A DNA stretch of 32,000 bases from Acaryochloris marina S15 (GTDB lineage: Bacteria; Cyanobacteriota; Cyanobacteriia; Thermosynechococcales; Thermosynechococcaceae). The notes beneath the pieces were generated by a model. That model made no database searches. It saw nothing but the letters and a program-made list of their open reading frames with translations, and had not been told where the DNA came from. The stretch lies in contig NZ_CP064923.1 of assembly GCF_018336915.1 (NCBI RefSeq), positions 1,200,001-1,232,000 of the forward strand, read 5' to 3'. Both the position numbers and the translations under genes were made by a program. Shown in pieces: positions 1 to 8,523 of this stretch. Numbering within the stretch: position 1 is the first letter of the stretch; the number at the start of each line of letters is the position of its first letter.

Positions 1-161
1 CCTCTTACAAACAGGATTACAAACCGATCCGGTGCAGCCTCAAGCTATTTTGAGTTGTGTGATCTTCGTGATGCTGTGGCTGGTGGATAGCTTCCTCAGA
101 TAATAGATTCTCAGGGATGGCTAGTACCGATAGATCCGTTAATCCTACGACCCCTGATCCT

Positions 162-674
162 TTAGGCTTGCTCTAAACTGACGATGCGCCCGTCGGGAAA
201 GATGGTTTCGTTTAAGATGGCTTCTTCTAGGGCCTGAGTTTTAACCTGTGCACCTGATAAATCAGCCCCGGTGAAATCGGCTTCTCGCAAGTCTGCTTCC
301 CGTAAATCTGCATCTCTTAAATTGGCCCCTCGCAAGACCGCACGGGCGAGGACGGCGCGTTTAAGGTTTGCACCCCTGAGGTCAGCCCCAGAGAAATCAG
401 AATTTGTTAGGAGGGCATCCCTTAGATCGGCGTCCTTTAAATTAGCGCCAGTTAAGTCTCCAGCAATCAACCCTGCGGCTTTAAGGTTGGCTTGGCAAAA
501 AGATGTGCCAATAAATGTGGCTCCGTGCAATACGCTATGGCTCATGTTGGCACTCGCAAAGGAAGCATGGTTCAAATCTTGGAGGCTCAGATTGCAGGCC
601 TCTAGATCCATCTTGTTGAAGGACCGGTGGCCTTGGGCATATCGCTGCAAAATATCAGTATCAGAGACAGACAT
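162..674 (-). CDS. Pentapeptide-repeat protein
   Basis: 170-aa ORF. Most of it is consecutive A(D/N)LxX-type pentapeptides, e.g. ANLKDADLRDALLTNSDFSGADLRGANLKRAVLARAVLRGANLRDADLREADLREADFTGADLSGA. Confidence 0.9.
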   Translation of the reverse strand: MSVSDTDILQRYAQGHRSFNKMDLEACNLSLQDLNHASFASANMSHSVLHGATFIGTSFCQANLKAAGLIAGDLTGANLKDADLRDALLTNSDFSGADLRGANLKRAVLARAVLRGANLRDADLREADLREADFTGADLSGAQVKTQALEEAILNETIFPDGRIVSLEQA

Positions 675-828
675 AGCTGATAGGTCGCTCAGGTGTATAT
701 GTTCAGCATGCCCGCTTTGATCGACTCGATCATCAGTGGTGAAATGCTGGGGGTTACATCTGTCTGAGCGATGAGCTGTCCTATTGATGCTTTGGCTGAC
801 GTGGGGGCTAACTTAGGCTTGCCGAGCA

Positions 829-1911
829 TCAGCCTTGAACACCCGTATCGATTTCTCTAAGCTGGGTATAGGCTAGGTGAGTGCTTTGCACCTGATACCC
901 GTTAAGGAAGATACGGGTGATACCGAGGGCCGTTGGGGAGTGATGGTGGTGGATCAAAAATTGCAAGAGCGGTGTGAGAGATCGTTCATTTAATTGGCCA
1001 TTAATGGTTAGCAGTCTCCAGAGCAAACGATGCCAAATAGTTAGCTGGACCATCATTTTGACGTGAAGAGTGGGGTGCTTGAGGTAAAACTTAGCCCCCA
1101 TTCGCCCCCGCTGCCGTTCCTGTTCGATTAACTGGGGCAGTTGATCAAGGCGAAAGGGGGGATGCCAGTGATAACCGACTGCTTTGGGTGCTTTGACTAG
1201 TTGGAGATTGAGCTGTTGGAGCCGTACGCCTAACTCCAAATCTTCCCAGCCATATTGCTGAAAGCTAGGGTCAAAGCCTCCGGCCTCTTCTAGCCAACGC
1301 CGAGCAATGGCAACATTTCCGGTGGCGAAATAGGCGGCTGAATAGTCTGAAAGTTTGTAGGGGGTCGATGTTGGATCCGCGAAGTTGCAAGTTTGAATAA
1401 CGCGGCCATAGGTGAACAGTCGATGATGCCCCAACCGTTGTTGCGCCGACTCTAGCGCCTCAGCATGGGATTGTAAGAAGGAATCTGTGACGACTAAATC
1501 GCTATCAATAAACACGATGGTATCGCCTTGGGCCATTTGGAGACCCAGATTGCGGGCGGCAGCTGGACCTTGGTGAGACTGGCAATAATATCGCAGATCA
1601 AGGAGGGACTGAGTGTGGAGCCAAGCCACTGTATCGTCTGTAGAGCCATCATCCACCACAATCACTTCATAGGTATGAGGGGATGTTAAAGCCTGCTGGG
1701 AGAGGGCTGCCAAGCATTTTTGCAAAATGGGCAGGCGATTGTAGGTGGGGATGATAACGCTAAAGAACAAGCTGTGATGTATTGGGCTACTGGTGTTTAG
1801 GATAGCTTGCTGGGCTAGATTAAGCCGTTTTGACAAAGCGGATGAGCTCCCGGACTTGATTGAGGAATTGTGCGTCTTCACTGAGGTTTGCGATCGCATT
1901 CTCCGCATCAC
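829..1911 (-). CDS. Family 2 glycosyltransferase (GT-A fold)
   Basis: N-terminal FSVIIPTYNRLPILQKCLAALSQQ, then VIVVDDGSTDDT and a later FIDSDL (DxD-like), the classic GT2 layout. The start is uncertain. The longest ORF overlaps the upstream gene by 92 nt, and an in-frame TTG at 1836 or ATG at 1899 are alternatives. Confidence 0.85.
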   Translation of the reverse strand: MMRRMRSQTSVKTHNSSIKSGSSSALSKRLNLAQQAILNTSSPIHHSLFFSVIIPTYNRLPILQKCLAALSQQALTSPHTYEVIVVDDGSTDDTVAWLHTQSLLDLRYYCQSHQGPAAARNLGLQMAQGDTIVFIDSDLVVTDSFLQSHAEALESAQQRLGHHRLFTYGRVIQTCNFADPTSTPYKLSDYSAAYFATGNVAIARRWLEEAGGFDPSFQQYGWEDLELGVRLQQLNLQLVKAPKAVGYHWHPPFRLDQLPQLIEQERQRGRMGAKFYLKHPTLHVKMMVQLTIWHRLLWRLLTINGQLNERSLTPLLQFLIHHHHSPTALGITRIFLNGYQVQSTHLAYTQLREIDTGVQG

Positions 1912-2590
1912 TCGCTAACTGCTGATGCTCCACCTGATTATTGACTTTGAAGGTTTCCAGGGCCGTCATCACCCGATTGAGATCCTGGCGGATAGATTCC
2001 CATTGTCGCTGCTGGTCACTGATCCAAGAGGTTGGATCCTCTAAATTGAGACGCTGGGTCAGACTCTCAGTCAGCTTTTCCTGCATGGCGATGCGGCCCC
2101 GCAACTCCAACACATCTTCGCGGGGATAGCTGCACTGGCGCTGAATCATCGATAGACGCTTGGCGAGAAAAGAGTAGGCTCGAATGCTAGGGCGTAACAC
2201 CGTCAAAAGTAGCGCCGCGAGGGAGCCCAGATAGCCAAGGGCGCTAATATTCCACCAGGCTAGGGCAAAGAGACCGCCTGCAGAGACGCCATGCAGGGCC
2301 AAAGCAACCCATAAGCTGCGGCGACCGACCATCATGGCATATTGGCGCTGTTCTGAATCAATGTGAATCCCTTTTTCTAAAGAAAGATTGATTTCTGCCA
2401 CCACTTCACGGGCTTGAAAATGGACGTTCCAGGGAACGGTGGTAATGGTCACTAACCACCCAAAAATGGCGAGACTCATAATCCAATCCACGAACTGAAT
2501 GGTAGCAATATCCACCCAGCTGACGGCACCATACCCAGCCAGAATAATTAATGCGAGAAAGGCTAATAAACCGAAGGCGATATATCTCAT
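1820..2590 (-). CDS. Hypothetical membrane protein: about 4 TM segments plus a C-terminal coiled-coil-like tail
   Basis: 256-aa ORF with hydrophobic stretches (IAFGLLAFLALIILAGYGAV, IMSLAIFGWLVTITTV, LWVALALHGVSAGGLFALAWW, LGYLGSLAALLLTVL). These are followed by a charged, heptad-like C-terminus. I recognised no family motif. Confidence 0.6.
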   Translation of the reverse strand: MRYIAFGLLAFLALIILAGYGAVSWVDIATIQFVDWIMSLAIFGWLVTITTVPWNVHFQAREVVAEINLSLEKGIHIDSEQRQYAMMVGRRSLWVALALHGVSAGGLFALAWWNISALGYLGSLAALLLTVLRPSIRAYSFLAKRLSMIQRQCSYPREDVLELRGRIAMQEKLTESLTQRLNLEDPTSWISDQQRQWESIRQDLNRVMTALETFKVNNQVEHQQLASDAENAIANLSEDAQFLNQVRELIRFVKTA

Positions 2591-2661
2591 AGTCTTGCGC
2601 TCCTTAAATCTTGATGTAATCCATAGAGCAGTCCAGGGCTAGGGATGGACTGCCTGAGATT

Positions 2662-3318
2662 TCAGCTTGTGATGCCCAGCTCTTGTTGCCATTGCTGGAG
2701 TGGCTTTTCCCATTGTTCTTCCCACTTCTGGGACAGCAGCGGCTGAGCGCGAAGTCCTCGCTGGTATCCCTGGGAAATCGTTGGCAGTAGGGTCGCTAGG
2801 GAATCAGGCGTTTTTAACAGGGCTTTGAGTAAGCCAAAGGTGAGCAAGACCAAGGCCATTGGGCGGCGAGTTTGGGCGAGTTCAAAGGCTTTGAGTCCCA
2901 ACTCTCCAGCCACATCCGTGCCGAACCTAGTAATCAGGTGCCAAATATCGTGGGTTTGTCGGAGTCGGAGGAGGATGTAGCTGGCATCGTCTTGAACTGC
3001 GATCGCACGATAAAACTCAGGATCAAATCCAGCGTCCGTCAGGGTCGATGCATAGCAATAACCTAGAGAATCTTGGGGATATTGCAACAAGGCTTCTAGA
3101 TCTGGCGAAGGGGCAATATAACGGTCTTTCACTAATTCGGCAGTACTGGCATGGGTCTTAATAAAGTCCACCGCCAGCTCCATGGCTTGGGTACCATAGA
3201 GTCCATCTTCAATGTCATAGACCGATTCGGTATTACTGGGATTGCGGAGGAGTGAAAAAACACCTTTACCAATGTTGAGGGCGTTGCGAGAAGTAGCGAG
3301 GGGGTGAGCCAGAAGCAT
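2662..3318 (-). CDS. Coq4-family protein (HDxxH-x11-E metal-binding motif)
   Basis: Contains THDIWHLITRFGTDVAGE, which fits HDxxH-(x)11-E, the signature of the Coq4 family. I start it at ATG 3318 (MLLAHPLATS...) because the longer ORF to 3420 would overlap the neighbouring gene. Confidence 0.72.
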   Translation of the reverse strand: MLLAHPLATSRNALNIGKGVFSLLRNPSNTESVYDIEDGLYGTQAMELAVDFIKTHASTAELVKDRYIAPSPDLEALLQYPQDSLGYCYASTLTDAGFDPEFYRAIAVQDDASYILLRLRQTHDIWHLITRFGTDVAGELGLKAFELAQTRRPMALVLLTFGLLKALLKTPDSLATLLPTISQGYQRGLRAQPLLSQKWEEQWEKPLQQWQQELGITS

Positions 3319-3361
3319 TTTTTGAGTCCTTAAAGAATGGTTTGAAGGGAGTTTGATGGGG

Positions 3362-3658
3362 CTAGGCCACTTTGTTATAGGGGTCATATTCCGCCAGCAT
3401 TTTTTCGACCTTGGCTTCATCGAGGCGGCTAATCACCCGCTTCGACTCTTCCACATCGCGAATAGTTTTGGACAAGCTAATTGTGGAGCCGATGGAAAAT
3501 AAGGTGCCCATGCCTAAGTAACCCTTCATCCAGGTATTGACGGGCATATAGATAATGCCAATGCCAGTTGCGGCGATGGAAACGGTGAAGGAAATCCAGG
3601 TTTGGGCAATCCAGGCGCTGGTGTGGGCTGTAGGGGTGGTGTACTTCTTGTCAGTCAT
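3362..3658 (-). CDS. Small two-TM inner-membrane protein, YiaA/YiaB-like
   Basis: MTDKKYTTPTAHTSAWIAQTWISFTVSIAATGIGIIYMPVNTWMKGYLGMGTLFSIGSTISL gives two TM helices, followed by a charged tail. ATG 3658 is preceded by GGAGGCC. The family assignment is from memory of the YiaAB two-helix domain. Confidence 0.6.
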   Translation of the reverse strand: MTDKKYTTPTAHTSAWIAQTWISFTVSIAATGIGIIYMPVNTWMKGYLGMGTLFSIGSTISLSKTIRDVEESKRVISRLDEAKVEKMLAEYDPYNKVA

Positions 3659-3798
3659 GATGGCCTCCGTTGGGCTTTGTTTGATTAATTGCATTCTGGC
3701 TTCTGCTCTGGTGAGGCCACAATGACTGCTGCGTAGTTCTTTGAAGCAATATCAGTGCCAAGAACTATACTGAAGTAGGGTGAAGTGAGGTGAAGTAG

Positions 3799-4821
3799 TT
3801 GAATACTGAAGACCTAGATCAGTGGTGGTCTCCTGAACAACAGCAGCAAACCGTAGCGAAATTGATTCAGCGGGTGGGGTTAACGCGGGTCCGGGCAGAA
3901 AGTTTCGTGCGTCTATGGATTTATGCCTTAGTCCAGGAGCAGTTAGCAGAAAATTCCCGTTTGCGACCACCCCTAACCGAGCTAGCATTACCTACCAAGC
4001 CAGTTATGTGCACCCATCGACAAGCAGCAGAGCTGTTCTACTTTGATAAGGATCAAGGCAGCGATCGTGCTGCCGGGATGATGGTGGATAAGCTTGCAGC
4101 ACTCGGTCTGATTCAGAAGCAGTTTGATGGCAATACCACCTGGATCGAAATTCAGCCGATGCCAGAAGGTTGGGATACTTCAGAAGAGACCATCGATCTG
4201 AAAACCGATGACTTTGACCCCCGCTGTGATGCGATTCCAGTGGCTAATTTGTTGGCCCGCAACTATAACTGGATGAACCAGAACTCCGAGACAGCGCCAC
4301 ATCGAATTACGCTGAAGCTTCGGCAATGGGCGCAGCAATATGGAACAGGTATGAGAGTGTTGCGGCAGGTCAATACCCTCAATCCAGTGGGCTTTTATTT
4401 GCTATATCCCACGGATAGTGAATCTGATGTTAATTTCTTTTCGGCACCCAGTAAGGGCCTACATCTAAGTACGCTGACAGAAGTGGATCCGTTTCAAATG
4501 GCAACGCCGGGTGATCCAAACTGTGTGTCGGTTTATATTCGGAGCTGGATGATTGACCCGCTTTATTGGGACCGCTATCAAATTCCGTTTCTGATCGATA
4601 CCCAGGAAATGTTGCGACGCATGCAACAGGATTTTCCCAATCTCTGTGATATGCACACATTGGTGATTCACCCCCTCTACGAAAAGATGGGGGCGATGTT
4701 GGGGTTTCAGAAGACGAGCCTTGATACAACAAGTTCGATGTATTGGATGTACCGACCTCTGGATCGGTTTTTAGCTTTGGATTTGCAGAGTCTACAAAAC
4801 AATCCGGACACGAGCAAATAG
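3799..4821 (+). CDS. Hypothetical protein; possible N-terminal wHTH-like and C-terminal acyltransferase-like region
   Basis: 340-aa uninterrupted ORF with host-like composition. The TTG at 3799 directly follows an in-frame stop, so the true start is uncertain. The C-terminal ...TLVIHPLYEKMGAMLGFQKT... is reminiscent of a GNAT C-terminus (inference only). Confidence 0.6.
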   Translation: MNTEDLDQWWSPEQQQQTVAKLIQRVGLTRVRAESFVRLWIYALVQEQLAENSRLRPPLTELALPTKPVMCTHRQAAELFYFDKDQGSDRAAGMMVDKLAALGLIQKQFDGNTTWIEIQPMPEGWDTSEETIDLKTDDFDPRCDAIPVANLLARNYNWMNQNSETAPHRITLKLRQWAQQYGTGMRVLRQVNTLNPVGFYLLYPTDSESDVNFFSAPSKGLHLSTLTEVDPFQMATPGDPNCVSVYIRSWMIDPLYWDRYQIPFLIDTQEMLRRMQQDFPNLCDMHTLVIHPLYEKMGAMLGFQKTSLDTTSSMYWMYRPLDRFLALDLQSLQNNPDTSK

Positions 4822-5036
4822 AGTGCTTAATCGCTTAATACAGAAAGGTTTTTACTCTTTCTTTGCATTGAAGCTGAGTGCAATTAAGCTGGCACTGCTT
4901 GCTTGTCAATGCCAAATTTGGGTGCCTTATAGGATGAATTGCCACCAATTCCTGAGAAATATATTAGAATAACGTTAGCTATTATAAAAACATATAGTAT
5001 TTGAAAAAATTAGACTTCGAGTGGTCGAAGAAACTA

Positions 5037-5381
5037 ATGGCAAAACAGCGCAAAGATAAAGCAGAAAAAGACAAGCCTGTGCGGTTGTCTGCAATCGATG
5101 AAGATATCCTCACGGTTCTTTTAGGACGAGAGTTCTATGGCTTAGAAATTTTGGATGAACTGAATCAGGGCAGGCCGATCACACTAAGCTTTGGTAGTTT
5201 GTATCCGGCCCTAAACCGTCTGGAGAAGAAGGGTCTGATTTCCTGGCGATGGGGGGATGAGGTGGATGACTCTGGCGGTGCCCGGCGCAAGTATTACAAG
5301 GTGACAGGGTTGGGGGCCAATACCCTCAATGGCGTTCAGCAATATCGGTTAATGTTGGCTCAGCGATCGGGGCAGGGATAG
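5037..5381 (+). CDS. PadR-family winged-helix transcriptional regulator
   Basis: ILTVLLGREFYGLEILDELNQGRPITLSFGSLYPALNRLEKKGLISWRWGDEVDDSGGARRKYYKVTGLG is the typical PadR wHTH core (SxGxLYPaLxrLexxGlI....gxxRKYYxiT). ATG at 5037; a TTG at 5001 is an alternative start. Confidence 0.85.
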   Translation: MAKQRKDKAEKDKPVRLSAIDEDILTVLLGREFYGLEILDELNQGRPITLSFGSLYPALNRLEKKGLISWRWGDEVDDSGGARRKYYKVTGLGANTLNGVQQYRLMLAQRSGQG

Positions 5382-5403
5382 TTTGCCTAGGGGTGGTTTG
5401 GAC

Positions 5404-8076
5404 ATGAAAAACATATGTGAACAGAGAAAGATGCTTAGGAGATTCTGGTTAAAGCGAGGGTTGTTAACTGCTGGGGGAGTTATTGCGCTTAGCTTTTCCG
5501 TTCTTCGCATATATGCGTTTCAGAATCAGTGGAAGCAACATTCTACATATCAAGAGCAAATTGAACGTCAGGAAGAGCTATCGCGACTTTCTTCACGCTT
5601 TCAAGAACTTAGAATTAAAGGATTGCTAGAGGAGGTTAATCTTGGGGATTATCAGCATATGCAGGAGATGTTTCAGCAAGCGCTCCAGCAAGTAGAAAAA
5701 ATTGATGACCCAAGTTCCAAATCCGATGCCCTGAGAGCGATTGCAGCCGCCTATGGTCAAATCAATGACCCCAAACTCGTCCAGGAAGGATTAAAACATA
5801 CCCTAATCGTCGCCGAAAAAATTGATGACCCATATTCAAAAGTCGATGTCCTGAGCGCGATTGCAGCCGCCTATGGTCAAATCAATGACCCGAAACTCGC
5901 CCAGGAAGGATTAAAACATACCCTAACCGTCACCGAAAAAATTGATGACCCAAGTTCCCAATCCGATGTCCTGAGCGCGATTGCAGCCGCCTATGGTCAA
6001 ATCAATGACCCGAAACTCGTCCAGGAAGGATTAAAACATACCCTAATCGTCACCGAAAAAATTGATGACCCATATTCAAAAGTCGATGTCCTGAGCGCGA
6101 TTGCAGCCGCCTATGGTCAAATCAATGACCCGAAACTCGCCCAGGAAGGATTAAAACATACCCTAACCGTCACCGAAAAAATTGATGACCCAAGTTCCCA
6201 ATCCGATGTCCTGAGCGCGATTGCAGCCGCCTATGGTCAAATCAATGACCCGAAACTCGTCCAGGAAGGATTAAAACATACCCTAATCGTCGCCGAAAAT
6301 TTTGATGACTCGTATTCCCAATCCTCTACCCTGAGCGCGATCATAGCCGCCTATGGTCAAATCAATGACCCGAAACTCGTCCAGGAAGGATTAAAACATA
6401 CCCTAATCGTCGCCGAAAAAATTGATGACCCAAGTTCCCAATCCTCTACCCTGAGCGCGATTATAGCCGCCTATGGTCAAATCAATGACCCCAAACTCGC
6501 CCATGAAGGCTTGAAAAATGCCCTAACCGTCGCCGAAAAAATTGATAACCCAAGTATCAAATCCGATGCCCTGAGAGCGATTGCAGCCGCCTATGGTCAA
6601 ATCAATGACCCGAAACTCGCCCAGGAAGTCTTGAAAAATGCCCTAACCGTCGCCGAAAAAATTGACAACCTAAGTTCCCAATCCTCTACCCTGAGCGCGA
6701 TTATAGCCGCCTATGGTCAAATCAATGACCCCAAACTCGCCCATGAAGGCTTGAAAAATGCCCTAACCGTCGCCGAAAAAATTGATAACCCAAGTATCAA
6801 ATCCGATGCCCTGAGAGCGATTGCAGCCGCCTATAGTCAAATCAATGACCCGAAACTCGCCCAGGAAGTCTTGAAAAATGCTCTAACCGTCGCCGAAAAA
6901 ATTGATAACCCAAGTATCAAATCCGATGCCCTGAGAGCGATTGCAGCCACCTATGGTCAAATCAATGACCCGAAACTCGCCCAGGAAGTCTTGAAAAATG
7001 CTCTAACCGTCGCCGAAAAAATTGATAACCCAAGTTCCAAATCCGATGTCCTGAGCGCGATTGCAGCCGCCTATGGTCAAATCAATGACCCCAAACTCGC
7101 CCAGGAAGTCTTGAAAAATGCCCTAACCGTCGCCGAAAAAATTGATAACCCAAGTTCCCAAACCTTTGCCCTGAGCATGATTGCAGCCGCCTATGGTCAA
7201 ATCAATGACCCGAAACTCGCCCATGAAGGATTAAAAAATGCCCTAGCCGTCGCTGAAAAAATTGATAACCCAAGTTACAAATCCTCTTCCCTGAGCATGA
7301 TTACAGCTGCTTATGGTCAAATCAATGACCCGAAACTCGTCCATGAAGGCTTGAAAAATGCCCTAGCTGTCGCCGAAAAAATTGATAACCTGTATTCCAA
7401 ATCCGATGCCCTGAGAGCGATTACAGCCGCATATGGTCAAATCAATGACCCGAAACTCACCCAGGAAGGCTTGAAAAATGCCCTAGCCGTCGCCGAAAAA
7501 ATTGATAACCCAAGTATCAAATCCGATGCCCTGATCACGATTACAGCTGCCTATGGTCAAATCAATGACCCGAAACTCGCCCATGAAGGCTTGAAAAATG
7601 CCCTAACCGTTGCCGAAAAAATTGATGATCCATGTTACAAATCTTATACTCTGAGAGCGATTGCAGCCGCATTTGCTCAAATCAATGACCCCAAAATTGC
7701 ACAGGCGATTCTGCAGCAAACACGCCAAAAATTAGAAATCATTGTTGCTTCCCGCATCACAACAACACATCTGCAATGGGAATTGATCTATCTACTCATC
7801 CCGACCGTTTCAGCAGGTATCTTCTTACTTGTTCTTCTCAAATCCCGTAGTCCACTCAATATCTCATTAACAGGACAACTTATTGTTGTTTTCCCAGAAG
7901 AGTATGTAGCAAATCTAGTTCTACTCAAAAAACGAATGCAAAGTGAGCAACGACCCAGTTGGTATATCCAACTGCGTATGGTGCAGGAAGTATTGGAATT
8001 AATTTTAGCTAACTATATCCAGATTCCTTTAGATAATCTAGGATTGCCATCAATAAGGCGAAAAATCGACAAATAA
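5404..8076 (+). CDS. Two-TM protein with 17 tandem 40-aa helical repeats (alpha-solenoid-like), PadR-associated
   Basis: The ORF starts 2-23 nt after the PadR stop (TTG 5383 or ATG 5404). The N-terminus is basic with a TM helix (LLTAGGVIALSFSVLRIYAF). It is followed by 17 copies of KIDDPSSKSDALRAIAAAYGQINDPKLAQEGLKHTLTVAE-like units and a second TM helix (LIYLLIPTVSAGIFLLVLL). A roughly 95-aa C-terminal tail follows. The reading frame is intact across 2 kb of repeats. Confidence 0.85.
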   Translation: MKNICEQRKMLRRFWLKRGLLTAGGVIALSFSVLRIYAFQNQWKQHSTYQEQIERQEELSRLSSRFQELRIKGLLEEVNLGDYQHMQEMFQQALQQVEKIDDPSSKSDALRAIAAAYGQINDPKLVQEGLKHTLIVAEKIDDPYSKVDVLSAIAAAYGQINDPKLAQEGLKHTLTVTEKIDDPSSQSDVLSAIAAAYGQINDPKLVQEGLKHTLIVTEKIDDPYSKVDVLSAIAAAYGQINDPKLAQEGLKHTLTVTEKIDDPSSQSDVLSAIAAAYGQINDPKLVQEGLKHTLIVAENFDDSYSQSSTLSAIIAAYGQINDPKLVQEGLKHTLIVAEKIDDPSSQSSTLSAIIAAYGQINDPKLAHEGLKNALTVAEKIDNPSIKSDALRAIAAAYGQINDPKLAQEVLKNALTVAEKIDNLSSQSSTLSAIIAAYGQINDPKLAHEGLKNALTVAEKIDNPSIKSDALRAIAAAYSQINDPKLAQEVLKNALTVAEKIDNPSIKSDALRAIAATYGQINDPKLAQEVLKNALTVAEKIDNPSSKSDVLSAIAAAYGQINDPKLAQEVLKNALTVAEKIDNPSSQTFALSMIAAAYGQINDPKLAHEGLKNALAVAEKIDNPSYKSSSLSMITAAYGQINDPKLVHEGLKNALAVAEKIDNLYSKSDALRAITAAYGQINDPKLTQEGLKNALAVAEKIDNPSIKSDALITITAAYGQINDPKLAHEGLKNALTVAEKIDDPCYKSYTLRAIAAAFAQINDPKIAQAILQQTRQKLEIIVASRITTTHLQWELIYLLIPTVSAGIFLLVLLKSRSPLNISLTGQLIVVFPEEYVANLVLLKKRMQSEQRPSWYIQLRMVQEVLELILANYIQIPLDNLGLPSIRRKIDK
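5698..7737 (+). repeat. Tandem array of 17 x 120 nt (in-frame, coding)
   Basis: The 120-nt period is exact and is directly visible because it stays in register with the 60-nt print lines. It includes perfect higher-order copies: 5821-6051 is identical to 6061-6291. Confidence 0.97.
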
Positions 8077-8393
8077 AAACACCTGAAGAATCTCATAATG
8101 TTTGAAATAGGAATTATCAGTAATGTTTAATGAAAAGCCAAACGAAGAAATAAAAAAGCCAGCATTTAGCTTGTAAATTAGCTTGTCAGAAGACTTGACT
8201 CGCTGGTTGATAGGCAGTCTGATTGCCATTACTCGTTCAAGTATTGTGTAGATTACTCAATCTCCTCCCAGCTCAGTAAACCCTTCCTCACTGCAACCGA
8301 AAGCACAACAAACTCAGCAATAGGGATCGTGCCTTATTTTCATGAAACAGCTTTAAGCGTTTGATACTTGGGACCAAGCTCCCATAGCAATAT

Positions 8394-8450
8394 CAATCCG
8401 ACCTTTAACCCTGCATAACAGGAATTCCGTTTGGCAGGGGAATAAGCGAT
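8394..8450 (+). repeat. Left copy of a 57-nt imperfect direct repeat (orphan copy of the argG leader)
   Basis: caatccgacctttaaccctgcataacagg... aligns with 9502-9559 at roughly 47 of 57 positions by hand alignment. The 19-nt perfect core gacctttaaccctgcataa is at 8400-8418. Confidence 0.8.
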
Positions 8451-8523
8451 ATAGGATTTGCTAAAGAAATTTGTAGCTTATTCGGACAACGCTCTCAGAG
8501 GTAGTCAGTGTAAGCAGATCCTC

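Noticed and set aside
2-103. Possible 3' end of a plus-strand gene entering from the left edge (…AILSCVIFVMLWLVDSFLR-stop)
   Set aside because: Only 33 codons are visible and another frame is also open over most of the stretch, so it cannot be supported.
271-720. 149-aa plus-strand ORF antisense to the pentapeptide-repeat gene
   Set aside because: It is a mirror-frame artefact of the repetitive pentapeptide coding sequence, giving a low-complexity Ala/Arg/Ser/Lys translation. The minus-strand product has a clear family signature.
5698-7737. Regular 120-nt periodic array that superficially resembles a CRISPR or satellite locus
   Set aside because: There is no repeat/spacer alternation. The whole unit is repeated, the period is a multiple of 3, and one reading frame stays open through all 17 units with conservative amino-acid variation. 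It is a coding tandem repeat.
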